NCBI RefSeq assembly: GCF_018977255.1 | Contig: NW_024704757.1 | Coordinates: 7,564,001 to 7,628,000 of the forward strand | Direction: 5' to 3' | Length of the DNA: 64,000 bases | From: Callorhinchus milii | Taxonomy: Eukaryota | In this document: positions 1 to 14,067 of the stretch, piece after piece | How positions within the stretch are numbered: the first letter of the stretch is position 1 | Layout of the letters: each line of letters opens with the position of its first letter | Program-made: the position numbers and the translations under genes | The notes under the pieces: model-generated | What the model was told of the DNA's origin: nothing | Databases searched by the model: none | What the model saw: only the letters and a program-made list of their open reading frames with translations

Positions 1-1760
1 GCCCCACAGGCATTGAATATAGTATGTGGGAATGAAGGAAGTCCTCAAGGCGTCTGTGCATTGGCTACTTGTGATGGGATATTACCCAGGTTATAAGCTC
101 TAGCCCACACCTGAACATACACTTACATCTTCATACCTCAGTCACCCACTCCAACCCCCAGGCTGATTTGGTTTCCGCCTCTTTCGTTCTAAAATTGTAC
201 CAGATCTCACTTTTTTCAGGCGTCTTAATGTTTACATTGCGTTTCAATGACACGTGTCCCCACATTTTTCCCTCAAACCAGAAAGATCTTGGATGATTTC
301 AGGGATTGTGATAAAGTTCTTGTGCTTTGTGCTCCTGGTTTAGGGCTTCTGCTCTTGACAGATCACTCAACAACAACAACAAAATTACATTTATAGAGCG
401 CCTTTCATGTCGGGAGGACGTCCCAACGCGCTGGACAGTCACAGGTCAGGAACCGTGCATGGGGAAGGGGAGGGGTGAGGGAAGGTAGAGAAGTGGGAGG
501 GTGACCAAAGGCACGATCGAAGAGGAAACTCACTACTTTACACTCAAAGCTTGTTGCTCACATTCCTTAATATTGTTCAGTTGTCACTCAGGTGCAAACA
601 TTTATTTTCTAAAAATCAATTGCTCCTTTGCTTGTCATATTTAATGTTTTAATTCAAGGCAAAGAAGTTTTAAAAAAATAACAACAGCAACAAGGCTGAA
701 AGGACAAGCAGGTATTGTCCACACATGAACCTCTCATCGAATTACACCTCCTCCTTACCCCAGCATCAAACATGATACAATCACTTTCTATTCATGGAGG
801 AGTTTCCCACCTTTGGTTCCACGGCCATCAAGAAACTAGAATTATCCAACCACAATCTGACCAAGTGGCTATCAAATTGTGTAGTTTGTGCAATCCTTGG
901 CAGATGACACTTAAGATACTGTTCAGAAAAATATATCCGGATGTGGCCAGCCTCAAGTTGAACAAATAACAATTAGGGTTGTACCTATTTCACACGTTTA
1001 TTGCTTTTACAATTCTCTTAGTGCAGCCGTGTCGCTTCCCATCTTCATCAACAGCTTTTGACAATCCTTCTGTTTGAAAGGAATTGTTGTGCATAATTTT
1101 CATTACGGTGTAATCACCTGCAAGCGGTGCTGTGATGGTGCAGTGACAGGGCATGTCCCATCGCATTGACTGATCAAAAACAGAAGATGTACCCACTTCT
1201 GCCCTGGGAGCCCTTTAACAGAAACAGGTTTGCCTTCTCCTCCCCCTCCTGTCAGCATTTTGACCCTTGTTTCCTTCTGGTGATGGCATGATTCCCACAT
1301 TCGGTCACCCTCCCCTAACTCACTCAAGTTTCCAATCCCATTTCAACTGTGACAATAATTGTTAGCGGGAATATTCAGCTGCGAGAGGCAAAATCATTGC
1401 TGACCTTCATCCTCCTTCACCCAATATCCACAACTTACAGCGGTGTCTACAATGAGTAATCAGGAGCAGGAACCTTGGCTAATTTTGTCTGTCACCAAAT
1501 CCAATTGAGCCCTAACTGAGATCAACAACAACTTGATCAATATAGCACCCTTCACGAGGGGTAGCGTCCCAGAACGCTTGACAGTGGTGGGGTCTGACCC
1601 CGAGCCGGGGAAGAGGGAGGGGGGAGGTGACCAGTAACTCAGTACAGACCAGGAGCAAGGCTTCAGGTTTGCTGGAACTGCACTCGAGCAGTACCTTTGC
1701 CAACCAGACCATTGGTGAGACTTTACTGACAGATATAGAAATATAAGCAGATCCTCTCAC

Positions 1761-1891
1761 CATTCTGAGCTCCTGTGGTAGTAATAGCCCTCTATCGAAG
1801 CTGTGGATTTTTGGAAGCAAATATAATAAAATCCTGCGAAGGAAGCGCCACTGATGTCTTTGATCGTGTGATCAGGGACTAGAAACTGTTC
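1761..1891 (-). CDS. GID4: GID4 coding exon 5 ([44 protein letters not shown], ends in phase 2)
   Basis: Manual translation matches recalled human GID4 C-terminal region. AG at 1893-1892, GT at 1760-1759. The final exon (YQSLNL...EFR) was not found in 1-1760, so it lies beyond the window. Confidence 0.96.
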
Positions 1892-4289
1892 CTGGAAAGA
1901 AAGAAAAAATAATTCTGTAAATCAATTCAAACTTTTATGACCAACCATTTAAACTAGTTCCTAATTTGTTCCCTATTGAACCATACCTGTTGGAGTCTAC
2001 AGTAGAGATTTATGTAAAAGGAGTAAATTGCATCTTTGAATAAAATCCCATGGGTGCTTTTTTTCCCTTATAATCTGAACATTGCACTGGTACAGACACA
2101 AATGGACGATGGAGAATTATTTTAGTCAGAAAGACTGGCATTTGTGAAGAAGCCAAATCCTTGTCATTATAGAGCCAATTCAAGACTAAATAAGGAGACA
2201 CTTGCATAGATTGGTGTAACTAAAGAAATATTCCTAATGCAGGTACACTGTGAGAAAGAGGATATGTGCAGCACTCCTGTACAAAGTAGGGCTTACTCAC
2301 TATTCTTCCCGTTAAAAATAACTTCTGAAAAAAATGAACCAGAAGAGATAATCCCTGAGCAAGGAGAGAGTTTCTGATATAAAGATCATAAGTTTTTGTT
2401 TTCCTCTTTTAAGATTTCCAAACAAAAAATCCAAGAAACAAAACTTGCTTGTGGTCGCAAAAGCAAGGTCAGCTGACAATTCTTTCCAGGGTAAAACACA
2501 AGCTTCCTATTCAACTAGGGAACAAATCCAAGTCAAGTCCCATCCAATAACTGGCAAGCACTGCAAACACAATAAGAGTTTGACCCACGTCACTGGATGG
2601 TGTAATCCCTGACATGCAGAATTATACCAACCATATAGGAGCAGGCTTTAGAAAAAAAAAATCTCTATATAAAAAGGATTGTGTTTATGAGGCAAGAAGT
2701 ATAGACATTGGGTGTATACACTTACTGTACTGCAGCTTTTGGGCACGGAGGTTACTTTGAGGTCCTGGTTTCAGGTTGGCAATCGTGGAGGGAAGCTGCT
2801 CAGCTGGTAGAGGCAGGCATGATGTTCACGTCATGGAGCGCTTGTAGATGGGACTAAAAAAAGTGTTGAGATTTATTTCAGTCGGAAGATTTTACGGTGT
2901 TTCTTGCAGAAGGATGAAGTCAAACATTAATGAATTCAACATCTTGGAATTCCTGGGGAAAGGTTCTGTTTGCCTTTGTGGCTTTTTTTTTGGTTGAAAA
3001 TTTACTAAGTGGTGATGGGAGGGGAGGGGGACGCAGATGAACAGTAGGACATGTAGTTGTGGGAAAGTTGTGAACCAAAAATGAGCACAAGAAGGCCCTT
3101 GTTGACTCTTTCTGCAATGTTCCCTCCCGCCTACTGGAGAAGTGCCTTGCCTCTTCCTCACTTGCTTTCTGCTCCCTGATTCTCTCCCCAAAAGACAATT
3201 GTGGATCGCATTCACAATATAAATTGTTTCACAAAAAAAAAAGACTTGATGCAGTTGTGTACTGTACGTCTGTTTGATCACATCTCAATAGCAGGACCAC
3301 TTCCTGAAAGCAAATCATCCCAGCACAGCAACTAACAGCAGATAGCTCCAATGGTAACACATCTCTCATCATAGCCAAAATATTCAAACCTTGCAGCCCA
3401 AAAGAATGGTGTTTGGAACAATATCATAACTCGTGCTCAAGGAAAGGAAAGCACGTGCTCTTTCACGTGAAAGGAAAGAAAGTGCTCTTCACTTTGCACT
3501 TATGTCACCTCAGGTTCAGATCAGCAGTAGCAAAGTAACACTGATTGTTGTTGTGAAATTTGAGATTATTCTAATTAAGGCTTTCAAAATGCTTTTGTTT
3601 CTCCTCTTCTTTTTAAACGTTGGTCATTTCCACAGATGGTTGTGTTGGAGGCTGGTTCCCGGACCTCGCAAACATCTCACTATAAATGGAGGTGCGCTCG
3701 AGTTGTCCAGGACGAAAATTGGAGAGTGAAGATACTGAGTTCACAATACATTTTATTTCAGATTCTGTGTCCAAGAAAATTCTGTATCGGCTCAAAATTC
3801 GTTGAGCCCATTGCATGGGCACCAGCCAAGTAACTGTGTACAAGAATGTACAGAACCAACGCTCAAATTCCCAGGTTACTGCAGTGTCAGGATAAAAGAC
3901 GATACACAGAGAAAAGGAATCTCTTCAATGGAAGGAAATAAAATCTGATTATTCTTGTGCAGGAGAAGTACCGTCGAGCCAAAAGTTTGCAGGTCGCTGA
4001 GAGTAAAATGCAGCAGTTAACTTTCTGTATACAGAAAGAAATTTACGTTTGTTCTCTTCAGTAGGTACAAGGTTATCAGATCATGGGGCAGAATAAGGCA
4101 AGTGGGGAGGGGGGGGGGGGTCAGGTAGAGTATAAACACTGGCATGGATTAGCTGTGCTGAATGGCCTGCTTTCATGCCGTCTCACTCTATGAAGGTAAG
4201 TAAGTCAGCAAACAAAGGAAAAATGTGTTCACAGTCACGTCAGAAGGGTCAGTTCTTCAGGAAGGCAACAGAATCATATTATCCCATTC

Positions 4290-5037
4290 TATATTCAATA
4301 AATGATACTGTTTTAAAGGGGGTTCAGGAGCAGAGAGATCTGGCGGTTCAAAGACACAGGTCTTTGAAGGTGGCAGGACAGGTTGATAGTGCTGTTAAAA
4401 AAGCCGATGGGATTCTTGGCTTTATAAATAGAGGCATAGAGTACAAAAACAAAGAAGTTCTGCTAAACCTTCATAAGTCACTGCTTAGGCCTCAGCTGGA
4501 ATATTAAGTTCAATTCTGGGTACCACACTTTGGGAAGGATATCACGGGCCTTGGAGAGGGTGCAGAAGTGATTCACCAGAATGGTACCAGGGATGAGGGA
4601 CTTTAGTTATGTGGGGAGACTAGGGAAGCTGGGATTGTTCTTCTTCGAGCAGAGAAGGATAAGGGGAGATTTAACAGAGGGAGTTCAAAATTATGAGGGG
4701 TTTTGATGAGTAGATAAGGAGAAACTATTTCCATTGGTCGTTGGGTACAGCGCACATAGATTTAAGATAGTTGGCAAAAGAACCAGAGGGAGTTGAGGAG
4801 ACATTTTTTTATATAGGCGGAGAGTTGTTACGGTCTGGAATGCACTGCCTGAAAAGCTGGTGGAAACAGATTCAATAACATCTTTCAAAAGGGAATTAGT
4901 TAGAAACTTGAAAAGGAAAAATTTGCAAGGATATGGGGAAAGAGCGGGGTGTGGGACTGATTGGTTGGCTCTTCCAAAGACCTGGCACAGGTACGATGGG
5001 CCGAATGCCTCCTTCTGTGCTGTAATACTCTATGATT
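4290..5037 (+). mobile_element. CR1 LINE 3' fragment
   Basis: ORF2 tail (LGFINRGIEYKNKEVLLNLHKSLLRPQLEY) plus typical 3' UTR ending '...tctatgattc'. Confidence 0.9.
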
Positions 5038-5050
5038 CAGTTACTGGAGT

Positions 5051-6425
5051 ACAACAACAACTTGCATTTATATAACGGCCTTCACGCGGAATAGCCAATA
5101 GTGGAGTCTGACCCCAAGCCAGGGGTAGAGGGAGGTGACTGTAAGCACAATGAAAAAGAAATGTCTTTAGGCAGGATTTGGAGGTGGGGAGTGAGGGAGC
5201 AAGCCGGAGTGACTGAGGGAGTAAGTTCCAGAGTTTCAGGGCGTAGTTTCTGAAGGCACGGCCACTGATGGTAGAGTGGAGGGGACGAGGACAAGCAGCG
5301 GGTGGTGGAGTGGGGAGTAAGCAAATCGGATAGGTAGGGAGCTGCGAAGGCACGGAGAGATTTGAAAACGAGTGAGATGATCTTGAAATCGATTGATTCA
5401 GTACTTGGGAGCCAGTGGAGCCTGGCAAGGACTGGTGTGATGGGAGTACGCTGTTTCGTGCGGCGTTTTATCTGGGCGGAGTTTTAAATTATTGGGATTT
5501 TATATATTGCAGAGCTGGGGAGACCAGTGAGGAGGGCATTGGAATAGACCAGCCAGGAAGTGGCGAAGTCGTGGACGAGGGTTTCAGCTGCTTCGGTTGT
5601 GAGGTACTGACCGAGCCGGGAAATGTGGCAGAGGTGGAAGAAAGTGGTCCTGTTCAGGGAATGGATGTGGGGCAGCAAGGAAAGCTGGGCATCGAACCTG
5701 ACCCCCAAGTTGCGTACGGGTTTGGAGAGCATGGGGAGATTGTGGAATATTCTCATTTCTTCCAAGCAAGAAATGGGAATACTCCTCACCCCGCAGGAGA
5801 GAAGACACTGACGAAAGCCAATGAGTATGGTTTCCGTCTTGCCGACATTCAGCTGCAGGAAATTTGCGCTTATGCAGGCCTTGATGTCCATCAAACAAGC
5901 TGATAGTCATTAACAGACTGGGAGTCGCAGCTGGAGGAGAAGTAGATTTTTGTGTCATCCGAATACCCTTGGAAGTTAACCTCCTTGTCTGCGGGTGACT
6001 TCACCGAGAGGGAGCATATAGTTGAGGAAAAGAAGGGGGCCAAGGATGGAGCCTTGGGGTACCCCACAAGTGCCCGGGCGGGGGCGAGAGGAAAAACCAT
6101 TTGCCTAGATGTTTTATTGGCTGTTTGTTAAGTAGGACTCGAACCATGCGAGTGCGGTCCCACTAAGGTGGATGAAGGAGGTGAAGCAGGATGGCATGAT
6201 CCAACTGTACTGAATGCAGCGGAGAGGTCCAGGAGAACGCGGAGGCAAGAGAGTTGCAGAGAGAGGGGCAAAGGAGTGTAGGGTGAGGGTTGTCGTAAGA
6301 GGAGAGGGTGGTGAAGGAGGCATGGAGGTGGGATGGGTAGGCGACGTGGTGCGGGGGGAGGAAGAGGAGGCGGCCAGGCGGATGTTATCTATCTTAGAGA
6401 TAAAGAAGACCAAATGTGTTTGGAA
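5051..6425 (-). mobile_element. L2-type LINE, 5'-truncated and degenerate
   Basis: RT fragments (DIKACISANFLQLNVGKTE, VRNLGVRFD) and a (TTG)n tail. Confidence 0.88.
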
Positions 6426-9400
6426 GAAATGGGAAGTTGTTGCATAGGGATGGTGATCAGGAACAGATCACAAAAGGATTTTTTTTTACCTCTTTTCATC
6501 TCAGAGAGATGTTATCCTATGTAAATGCACAACATAATAATGCACCCAATATTGGACAAGGAACAGGCACAATTGCCGGTAAAGAATAGCATATGATGAC
6601 TAGCCTTGTATGTGTTTTAGCGGAACTAACATTTAGACACAGGGAAATCCCATACATGCACGACTCCATCTTCATATGTTCTTGTTTCAATTTGGCTTCG
6701 ATGCACTTTGCTGATCACATCTTTGAACATTTTAATCAAACAAATACCCAACTGAGATGGCCTTTTTGATTTTGGTCTCCATTCTTGCATGTTCATGGTA
6801 AGAGATAAAAAACATGAGATTCTATGCCTCATGAGTGATGACTCCAATGACCACCCAGGTATGTCAGCAAAAGATAAAGCACATCACTTGAACAACTTGT
6901 AAAAAGATGACAGTTTTGATCGTGTTAAATAATGCAACTTAATACATTTGTAATGTTTTGCAGGAGGAGGTTCTTAGAAATTAACAAGAGGTGAGAAGAT
7001 ACAATGTTTTCCTGTACATCAAGCCTGGAAATTACAAGGAGCCTCTGTATTTCAGAGAAGTAAAACTGGACAATGAATCACAGATAGTATCAGACCCAAA
7101 GGGAGAAGTGGGGAATGTCATACATTCTAAGATATTCTTCATAAAGTCATTGTCAACTAAAGAGGAAATAGAATCAACTTTAGGCAATACAAGCATTCGA
7201 AAGCTAATGAGGAATCAAAAAGAGACAGAAAATGCAATAAGCCAAACAAGAGCATGCTAACAATCCTAGGGTTCTTCACTGCTGCTGGTTACTATTAGTA
7301 ACCAACAAGGAGCCTGGCCTGCATTAGTAATCCTGCTTAAACAACATCACTACAGGCTGTGCTACTAAGGCTTCAGCTTCCTTCTAAACCCATGATGGAA
7401 AATATTCTAAAATGATTAAGTTTCAGGAGATAATTAGCTGAGCCCGAGTCATTTCATGACATCACCCAGCAGCAGAGGTTATCCTGAACTGTCCTCAAAT
7501 GTAGCAAACAAGGAAGGCGTATGACAGAGGATTGTGAGGCAGCAATTCAGAAAGGCTAAAGCCTAAAATATGCAGACATGGTTTGATATTATCTGAATGT
7601 CTCAAACAGGGGTAATTAGATTAAACTGAACACTCCTACACTAGAATCTGTTAAGAAGATAGCTCAAAGTTATTAGACAAGAAGAACTTCTGATAGAAAT
7701 ATGGATCTCCGTTCATCAGGGGATAATATTTACCTCTTCCTATAAAGAAGGAAATGATAGAAAAACAAGAGGGAGACTTTATCACAATATGAACTGATAC
7801 CAAGCTTGCAGGTGTAGTGTATAGTAAGGAGGACAGCAAGAAACTGCAGGAGGTCAAATAGATTAGAGCAATGGGCAGACCTGTAGCAGATGAAGCCAAA
7901 TTAAGTGAAACATGAGGTGATTCATTTAAACAGAAAAAACAAGGGACAGCAGTATATGCTGAATGGCAGTATCTTGCAAAGGACAGAGCAGGTAAAGGGC
8001 TTGGGAATGCAAGAGTACAGGTTTGTGTTGCATCAAGGCTGTGAAGAACAAATTTAGACTGACACCAAGAAATATTTATATACCAGAGAGAATGGGTTAG
8101 CAGGAAAGGGTGGTCAGGCCAGGATACTGGACTTATATAACAAGCAGCTCGAAACAGTGTTATGAACGACAGTTGGGCCTATGAGCTCAAATGAGCTGAA
8201 GAACCTTCTTGATTTGAACCTCTATTATGATCCTGTTCAATAAATTCACCCATTATACTTTGAAATGTCCATCTTTTCACTCCAAAAAACGTTAGATAAG
8301 CTATAACACAGCCCCATTGGAGCCCTGCCGGATTCCTACCCTGATTAGTTTCTGTACAGTATTGAGGGCAGGGAGGTGAAAACTGATGAAAAGGAAAAAA
8401 AGGCAACATGACTTGTCAATTTGATCTAGGTAACTAGTAAATAGGGCTTCATCTTGTAAACAGCTACAATCCTTGGACTAATTGCTGATTTTCAATAACC
8501 CAAACTCCCCCCACCCCATATTTTATACCCGAGACACTGTCCTATGACATTCCACAAAATCCACTCTCAGCTGCAACACTTTGGTGAAGGGGAAAGAGGA
8601 CACAGCAGATGGAAAGTGCTTTCCCTGAGCTAGAAAATCATAGTTCAGGTTGAAGAAAGAAATACAAACCCAGAGGTTACTCCAGAGCAGTGTGGGTTGC
8701 ACTGCGTCACTCAGTCACCCTTGTGACAAAATAACATTACAGCTCGTGGAAGATGAAAGTAGAGGAAAAGTTTATTTTTAAAGTTAATAGTTCTTTCCTT
8801 CTCACATTCAGTTTAGTTCGTTCAATGCTGCTTCACATCTATAACTTTGAGTTGTATATAAGGTAATTGGAGCAAACAACCATTTTCTCATGCAAGTTTC
8901 CCTCAACACATTCATTCTTCCACTGTACACATCTATGCAAGTGCTCGTCAGACTAAAATACCCTCCAAACTTGGTCTCCATACTTTCAGATTCTATAACA
9001 TTCAGCATTTAGACAAATTTTAGAAGTTCAAAAAGTGGTTTAGTCCTATATCCATCCAGTGAGCGTATACTGTATCCCAGGCTCCAGAGTCAGTCACCTG
9101 CCTACAAATTACTGCACACTGGTGGCTTATTCCGATCTCGAGTTCATGGCAGAGACTGTGCCCAAGGCAACATTTTGCTTTATTTGTTGCTGGAGCTGCA
9201 CCAGAATATTGTGCATTAATTCCAAACCAAAGCCCCAAAGCCAGAGTACACACACAGCTTCACACGCTGCTGCTCCCAAGTGTGGACGTGTTTCCTCAGT
9301 CACATCAACTGGAATAAGTGTCCCTTGAAGAGAGTTTACCAACAGCTGACGAACAAGGCTGTGAAGCACACACTAGGCCTTGGCAGTCCAGTGCACAGCT

Positions 9401-9562
9401 GCCAGGTTTGCTGTTACTTGCACTCATCAGCCACCAGGGTCACCTTGTATTGAGACAGTTACATTGAGGTTTTAAAAATTACTAATTTACTTAAGTTTGA
9501 TTTTTGTGTCTTTGCCTGCATTATTTATCAGCAACCAGAAATAGTTAAATAATTCCTGTTAC

Positions 9563-9664
9563 CTTCCACCTCATGAAGACAAAATCACTGTTCTTTAGCT
9601 CATCGTAATCAAACTCATCCGAGTTAAACGTCTTTGCATATTGATAAAATGGCAAGAATTTTCC
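9563..9664 (-). CDS. GID4: GID4 coding exon 4 ([34 protein letters not shown])
   Basis: 102 bp, flanked by AG/GT, phase 0/0; near-identical to recalled human GID4. Confidence 0.96.
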
Positions 9665-10329
9665 CTGAAAAGATATAAATAAACAAACAAATAAATAAAT
9701 AAAAACAACTTGCATGTATACAGCGCTCTTCACACAGGGTAACATCTTGGGGCGCTTAAAAGTGGCAGAGTTTGACACCGAGCCAGGAAGTAGGGGATGG
9801 TGATAGTTAGCATGGTTTAAGAGGAAGGTCTGTGATCTGAAGATGGGCAAGAAATGGGCAAGGCTGAGCAACCGAGGCAGAGAATTTCATTGGTTTCAGG
9901 GCAGCTGGAAGCACAGAAGCCGATGGTGGAGCGGAGGGGATGAGGGACATGCAGGAGGCCGGAGTCAGCTGAGCGAAGAGGGCAAGTAGAGGAGTGGAAT
10001 GTAAGCAGGTCAGATACATTAGAGATTAAAACATGCAAAACTTGTAACACATGATACTGAAAGCATCTTTAAACTACACAAGACAAGGGTGTGAATCTAT
10101 GTAAGCCTACTTAAGCCTAATCACAGAGGAAGGGCAACTAAAACGTCTGCAATTGTAATTTAAATTTTGATTAAAATTGATGACTCGACCATGATTATTT
10201 TCAGAGACAAAACTGGAGCACATCTGGAGGGTTCACAGGGCAATGGGCAGTGGTACTAACATCTCAAACATCAAACATTTGGAAAGTTTGCAGAGAAAGT
10301 GTGGAAGATTCCCTGAATTGACAACTCAC

Positions 10330-10437
10330 CCAGTGTTTGCGATCTACGTCTTCATCTGCATCCCACTTTCTGGTGAGGAAAGGATGCTTCTTACTGATGA
10401 TTTCTCCTTCAAAGAAGGTGGTAAGAGTCGGATATTC
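10330..10437 (-). CDS. GID4: GID4 coding exon 3 ([36 protein letters not shown])
   Basis: 108 bp, TAG acceptor and GTGAGT donor; matches recalled human peptide. Confidence 0.96.
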
Positions 10438-10879
10438 CTACAAGGTGGAAACAGAACAAGACTCAGCAAAACCACAAGTTTTCATTGCACAATGCGTTTG
10501 ACCATTTCACTTCCCAATAAACTACCGCACGTTACTTCCTGAAAAACCTCACAGCAGTTCATCGTTCAGCACGGCTATTGCAGTACCTGCTTTCACCTGC
10601 TCCAACAACCACAATCAACAACTCCTCATCCATGTGATAACCATAAATATTCATCCTCTGGAGCCTCAATCTCACAACATTCTCAGAGTTTACTTTGATT
10701 TGGGTCTTGTCTCTTCAGATTAATAAACTAGTACACGTCCAAATTATGAATAAAAATATTGATTTACATAAAAATCTGCAAAGGAAACTGGATCATGCCC
10801 TGGATTAGTACACAGGACTGAAAGTCTCAGCTGGCCCTTAATGAAACATTCTGTAGCAATACAACTCAGATGTTCCTCG

Positions 10880-11222
10880 AGGAGCTGTGGAAGTGGGACT
10901 GGAGCCATTGTCCTTCAGATGAGATGTCCTTCGGATGAGACGTGAAACCAAGGTCCCGTCTGCCTGTTCGGGTGGACATTAAAGATCCCATGGCACTATT
11001 GGAAAAGAGACAGGAGCTTCTCCCAGTGTACTGGCCAACAATCCCTCAAATAAAATTGGTTGCTCACTCCACGGCTGTTTGTGGGACACTGCTGTGTGAA
11101 ATTGGCTGCCGTGTTTCGCCCACAAAATATACAGTCACTCCACTTTTTTGTGTATCCTATGAAGCACTTTGAGATGCCTCAATGACATGATAAGGCGCTA
11201 TATCAAATGCAAGGATTATTAT
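10880..11222 (+). mobile_element. DeuSINE-type SINE (SacSINE1/AmnSINE-like core)
   Basis: Core 'ttcggatgagacgtgaaaccaaggtcccgtctgcc..aaagatcccatggcactatt' recognised from memory; L2-like tail. Confidence 0.75.
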
Positions 11223-11865
11223 GAGTAATGACCTGAATTTAACATGATCTGTATTAATTCTGTCTATAGACCAATGTGTGACTGTACTCCTAACTCAATT
11301 CCAACAGGATCCACTACATACTGTCTGGGCTCCACAAAGCCTTTGCTTCAGGAAACCCTAGTTTCCAATTCTCAAAGCATGAAAACTAAAGTGTCTTTCT
11401 TCTTTCCCCCCATTCTGCCAAGCCAGACCTACAACCATCAAACAAAATCTTTGCTTCAGTGAGTTCTCAGTAGCTGAAACAGCAGAGGGCTTCTGCACAT
11501 CATTCCCTGGCCGCCTTGAAAACAGATACAGAGGAAAACAACACATGGTTCAGGCAACAGACATCACAAGCATGCTTTGCCTAATACTGTGTTGACAAAG
11601 ACGTTCGAGTCAATGACCAAGTAACAATGCGACTCAGTGCCCATGTTTAGCAATTCAAATATGCACGCACGTTAAGTGCTAATTCTGCTCTATTGAGCCA
11701 CACATTCACGTTGATGATTCAGAATTGCAGTTAATTTGGTTACCAACCAAGCTAACTCAATAAAGGCAGCACCAATCCCACAGTATTAACAGCACAGCAA
11801 TAAGTGAAGTGGTTAAAGGCCTTTTCTCTTTGCGTAAAAACCCACTTAGAACAAGTTGGAAATAT

Positions 11866-12160
11866 ATAATATAATAATCCTTGCTTTTTCATGTCTTCGA
11901 GATGTCTCAAAGTACTTCACAGAATATACTGTAAAGTGAATTGACTGTATATTTGTGGGCGAAACACAGCAGCCAAATGCACACAGCAGTGTCACGCAAA
12001 CAGTCGTGGATTGAAGTGACCAATTTATTATTGTTTTTTTTTCTTGAGGGATTATTATCAGGTGTGTGGAGTAAGGAAACTTGCACAACATTTAGCCCTG
12101 CCAGGATTCAAACCCAGGTCTTTCGCTTGTGAGGCAAGTGCTCTAACCACTGAGCTACAA
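11866..12160 (-). mobile_element. tRNA-derived SINE
   Basis: A box TAGCTCAGTGG, B box GGTTTGAATCC, (TTA)n tail; same family as 45417-45741. Confidence 0.85.
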
Positions 12161-14067
12161 ATATGTCATTCCCTAGCAACAAAGACTCACACAATAAACA
12201 GTGAGAACTGTTAAGTCTATAACAGTATTATCTCCACTATAGTGAATTACTACAACCAGTAACAGCATTCAGCATTCCTACCTCTTGGCAGTTTTCCCCA
12301 CATTAAACTACACAGGAACTTGGGAAGCAATAGGGACAGCCAAGTTTGATCTTGCTTTGTTTCTGAACACTCTTCTCTATCCTCCCAACACCCTTCTCCA
12401 CCATACTCAGTGGGCAGATTACCTTCTCCCAGACCTCTACCAAAGTGGTCCTACATCAGGAGAGGATATGTGAAACTGCGTTAATTGGTCACCCGCTCTG
12501 CTGATGAGCTACCACCTCATGTCTCCTGACTGTCTTGTGTCTTTTCCTTTCCTCCTTAATTCAGGATGGAGTAGTTTACAATATGCTCTTCCTATAAGAT
12601 TAATTCATGAACATGAATACTTTAGAACTTCAGTGCTACTGACACTGTCTTTCTCCTCCAAGACCGAGATTTATATCAAGAACAAATGAAAACCTTGTGC
12701 TTGTTACAAAAGTTCCATGTCGAATAGCATTCAGGACAGTACCAACATATCTAAGGGCATGTGCAAGCCTGCAGGCCAAAACTATCCCCAAATATAGTGC
12801 CAAATTACCAATCTCAAAGAATATAAGAACTGATGCTGTATTAAAACTAGCAGCACTGATACCTTCATCCTGATGAGCATAAACATTGAGTCACTTGATT
12901 GTTATGTAATATATTTTTTTAAAAATCCTAGAATTATACATCAGCTATCACGTGGATTAAAGCTGATCTACAAATTCAACTCAAAGCACAAACTCGCGTG
13001 TTGTATAAACATTTTACCATCAATCTCTGGTTTGTAACATTAGTCAATCCAGTCATTCTTATACCAGCCAGTTGACCCCACATGACAACAGAGAACACAG
13101 GAGCGTTCTCCACACAAGCCATCCAATATGGCAGCATATTATCCAAAGAGAAACCTGATTGGCTTCACTGATTTCTGGCTGATGACAAGCGTTACCATAG
13201 ATCCTCTTTCTGACTAGGAAACTGGGATATTCGGATTAACATTCTTTCCTTTTTTGAACATTTTTCAAACAGAAAATACTAATGAATTATTGACTTGGAA
13301 TAATCAAGTCCAACGGTGCAACACAGCTGAATTAATACCTACATCCAGTCATGAACCCCAAGCTCACGGGGTGTGGGGGGGAGAAGAGATGCTCTTTGAG
13401 TAAATTCATGCAATCACTTGGGCGATGTATAAGAGGGTCAGAGTACCTTGGTATTCTATTCCTGTGGCTAGCCACACTCGAGAATAGGAAGAGGAGTCAG
13501 TCTTCCATTGCTTCACTTCGGCCACTACTGGCAACCCACTGAGAGCAGAACGAGCAGGAAGCTGCCGATTTGCAGCCTGAGACAAGTGTTTTAATCCCTC
13601 CCTTCCCCCGTAAATAATTTCCAAACCTAATTTACATGTACTCCAAATGAGTTTACTTCCACGTGCGTTTTGTTAGAGCAACAACTGGGGGGAGGGGTCA
13701 TTACGACTGGCAAAGACAACACAGGAGGCTGTACTGGGCACAACCATAGTCAGTGTTAGGACACAAATGCACTATGTGTCAATTTACAAAGGTTCTGGAA
13801 GAGCCCCGTGACACCGAACACAATCTAGTGAAGCACAGCAGATCATGGCAGGGGGCTTTCACTATAGGTGCACACTTGCACCCACTATCAGCTAAACAGC
13901 CATAACTTACAATGGTTGTTTTTAAATCTACAGCAGCTAATAATTTTCATTGAAACATTTGCCCCTTTGGGTTGGTCGCTCCTCATCTCCCAAGGTTTAT
14001 ATATTTATACACTGCCATTCAACTACCAAGACTATAACTTTTAGTTCTAATATTTAAAAAAGATTTA

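Noticed and set aside
3613-7260. Short non-TE ORFs in GID4 intron 4 (3613-3843 minus, 6991-7260 plus) as a nested gene
   Set aside because: No recognisable homology and no coherent exon chain; cannot be supported without a search.
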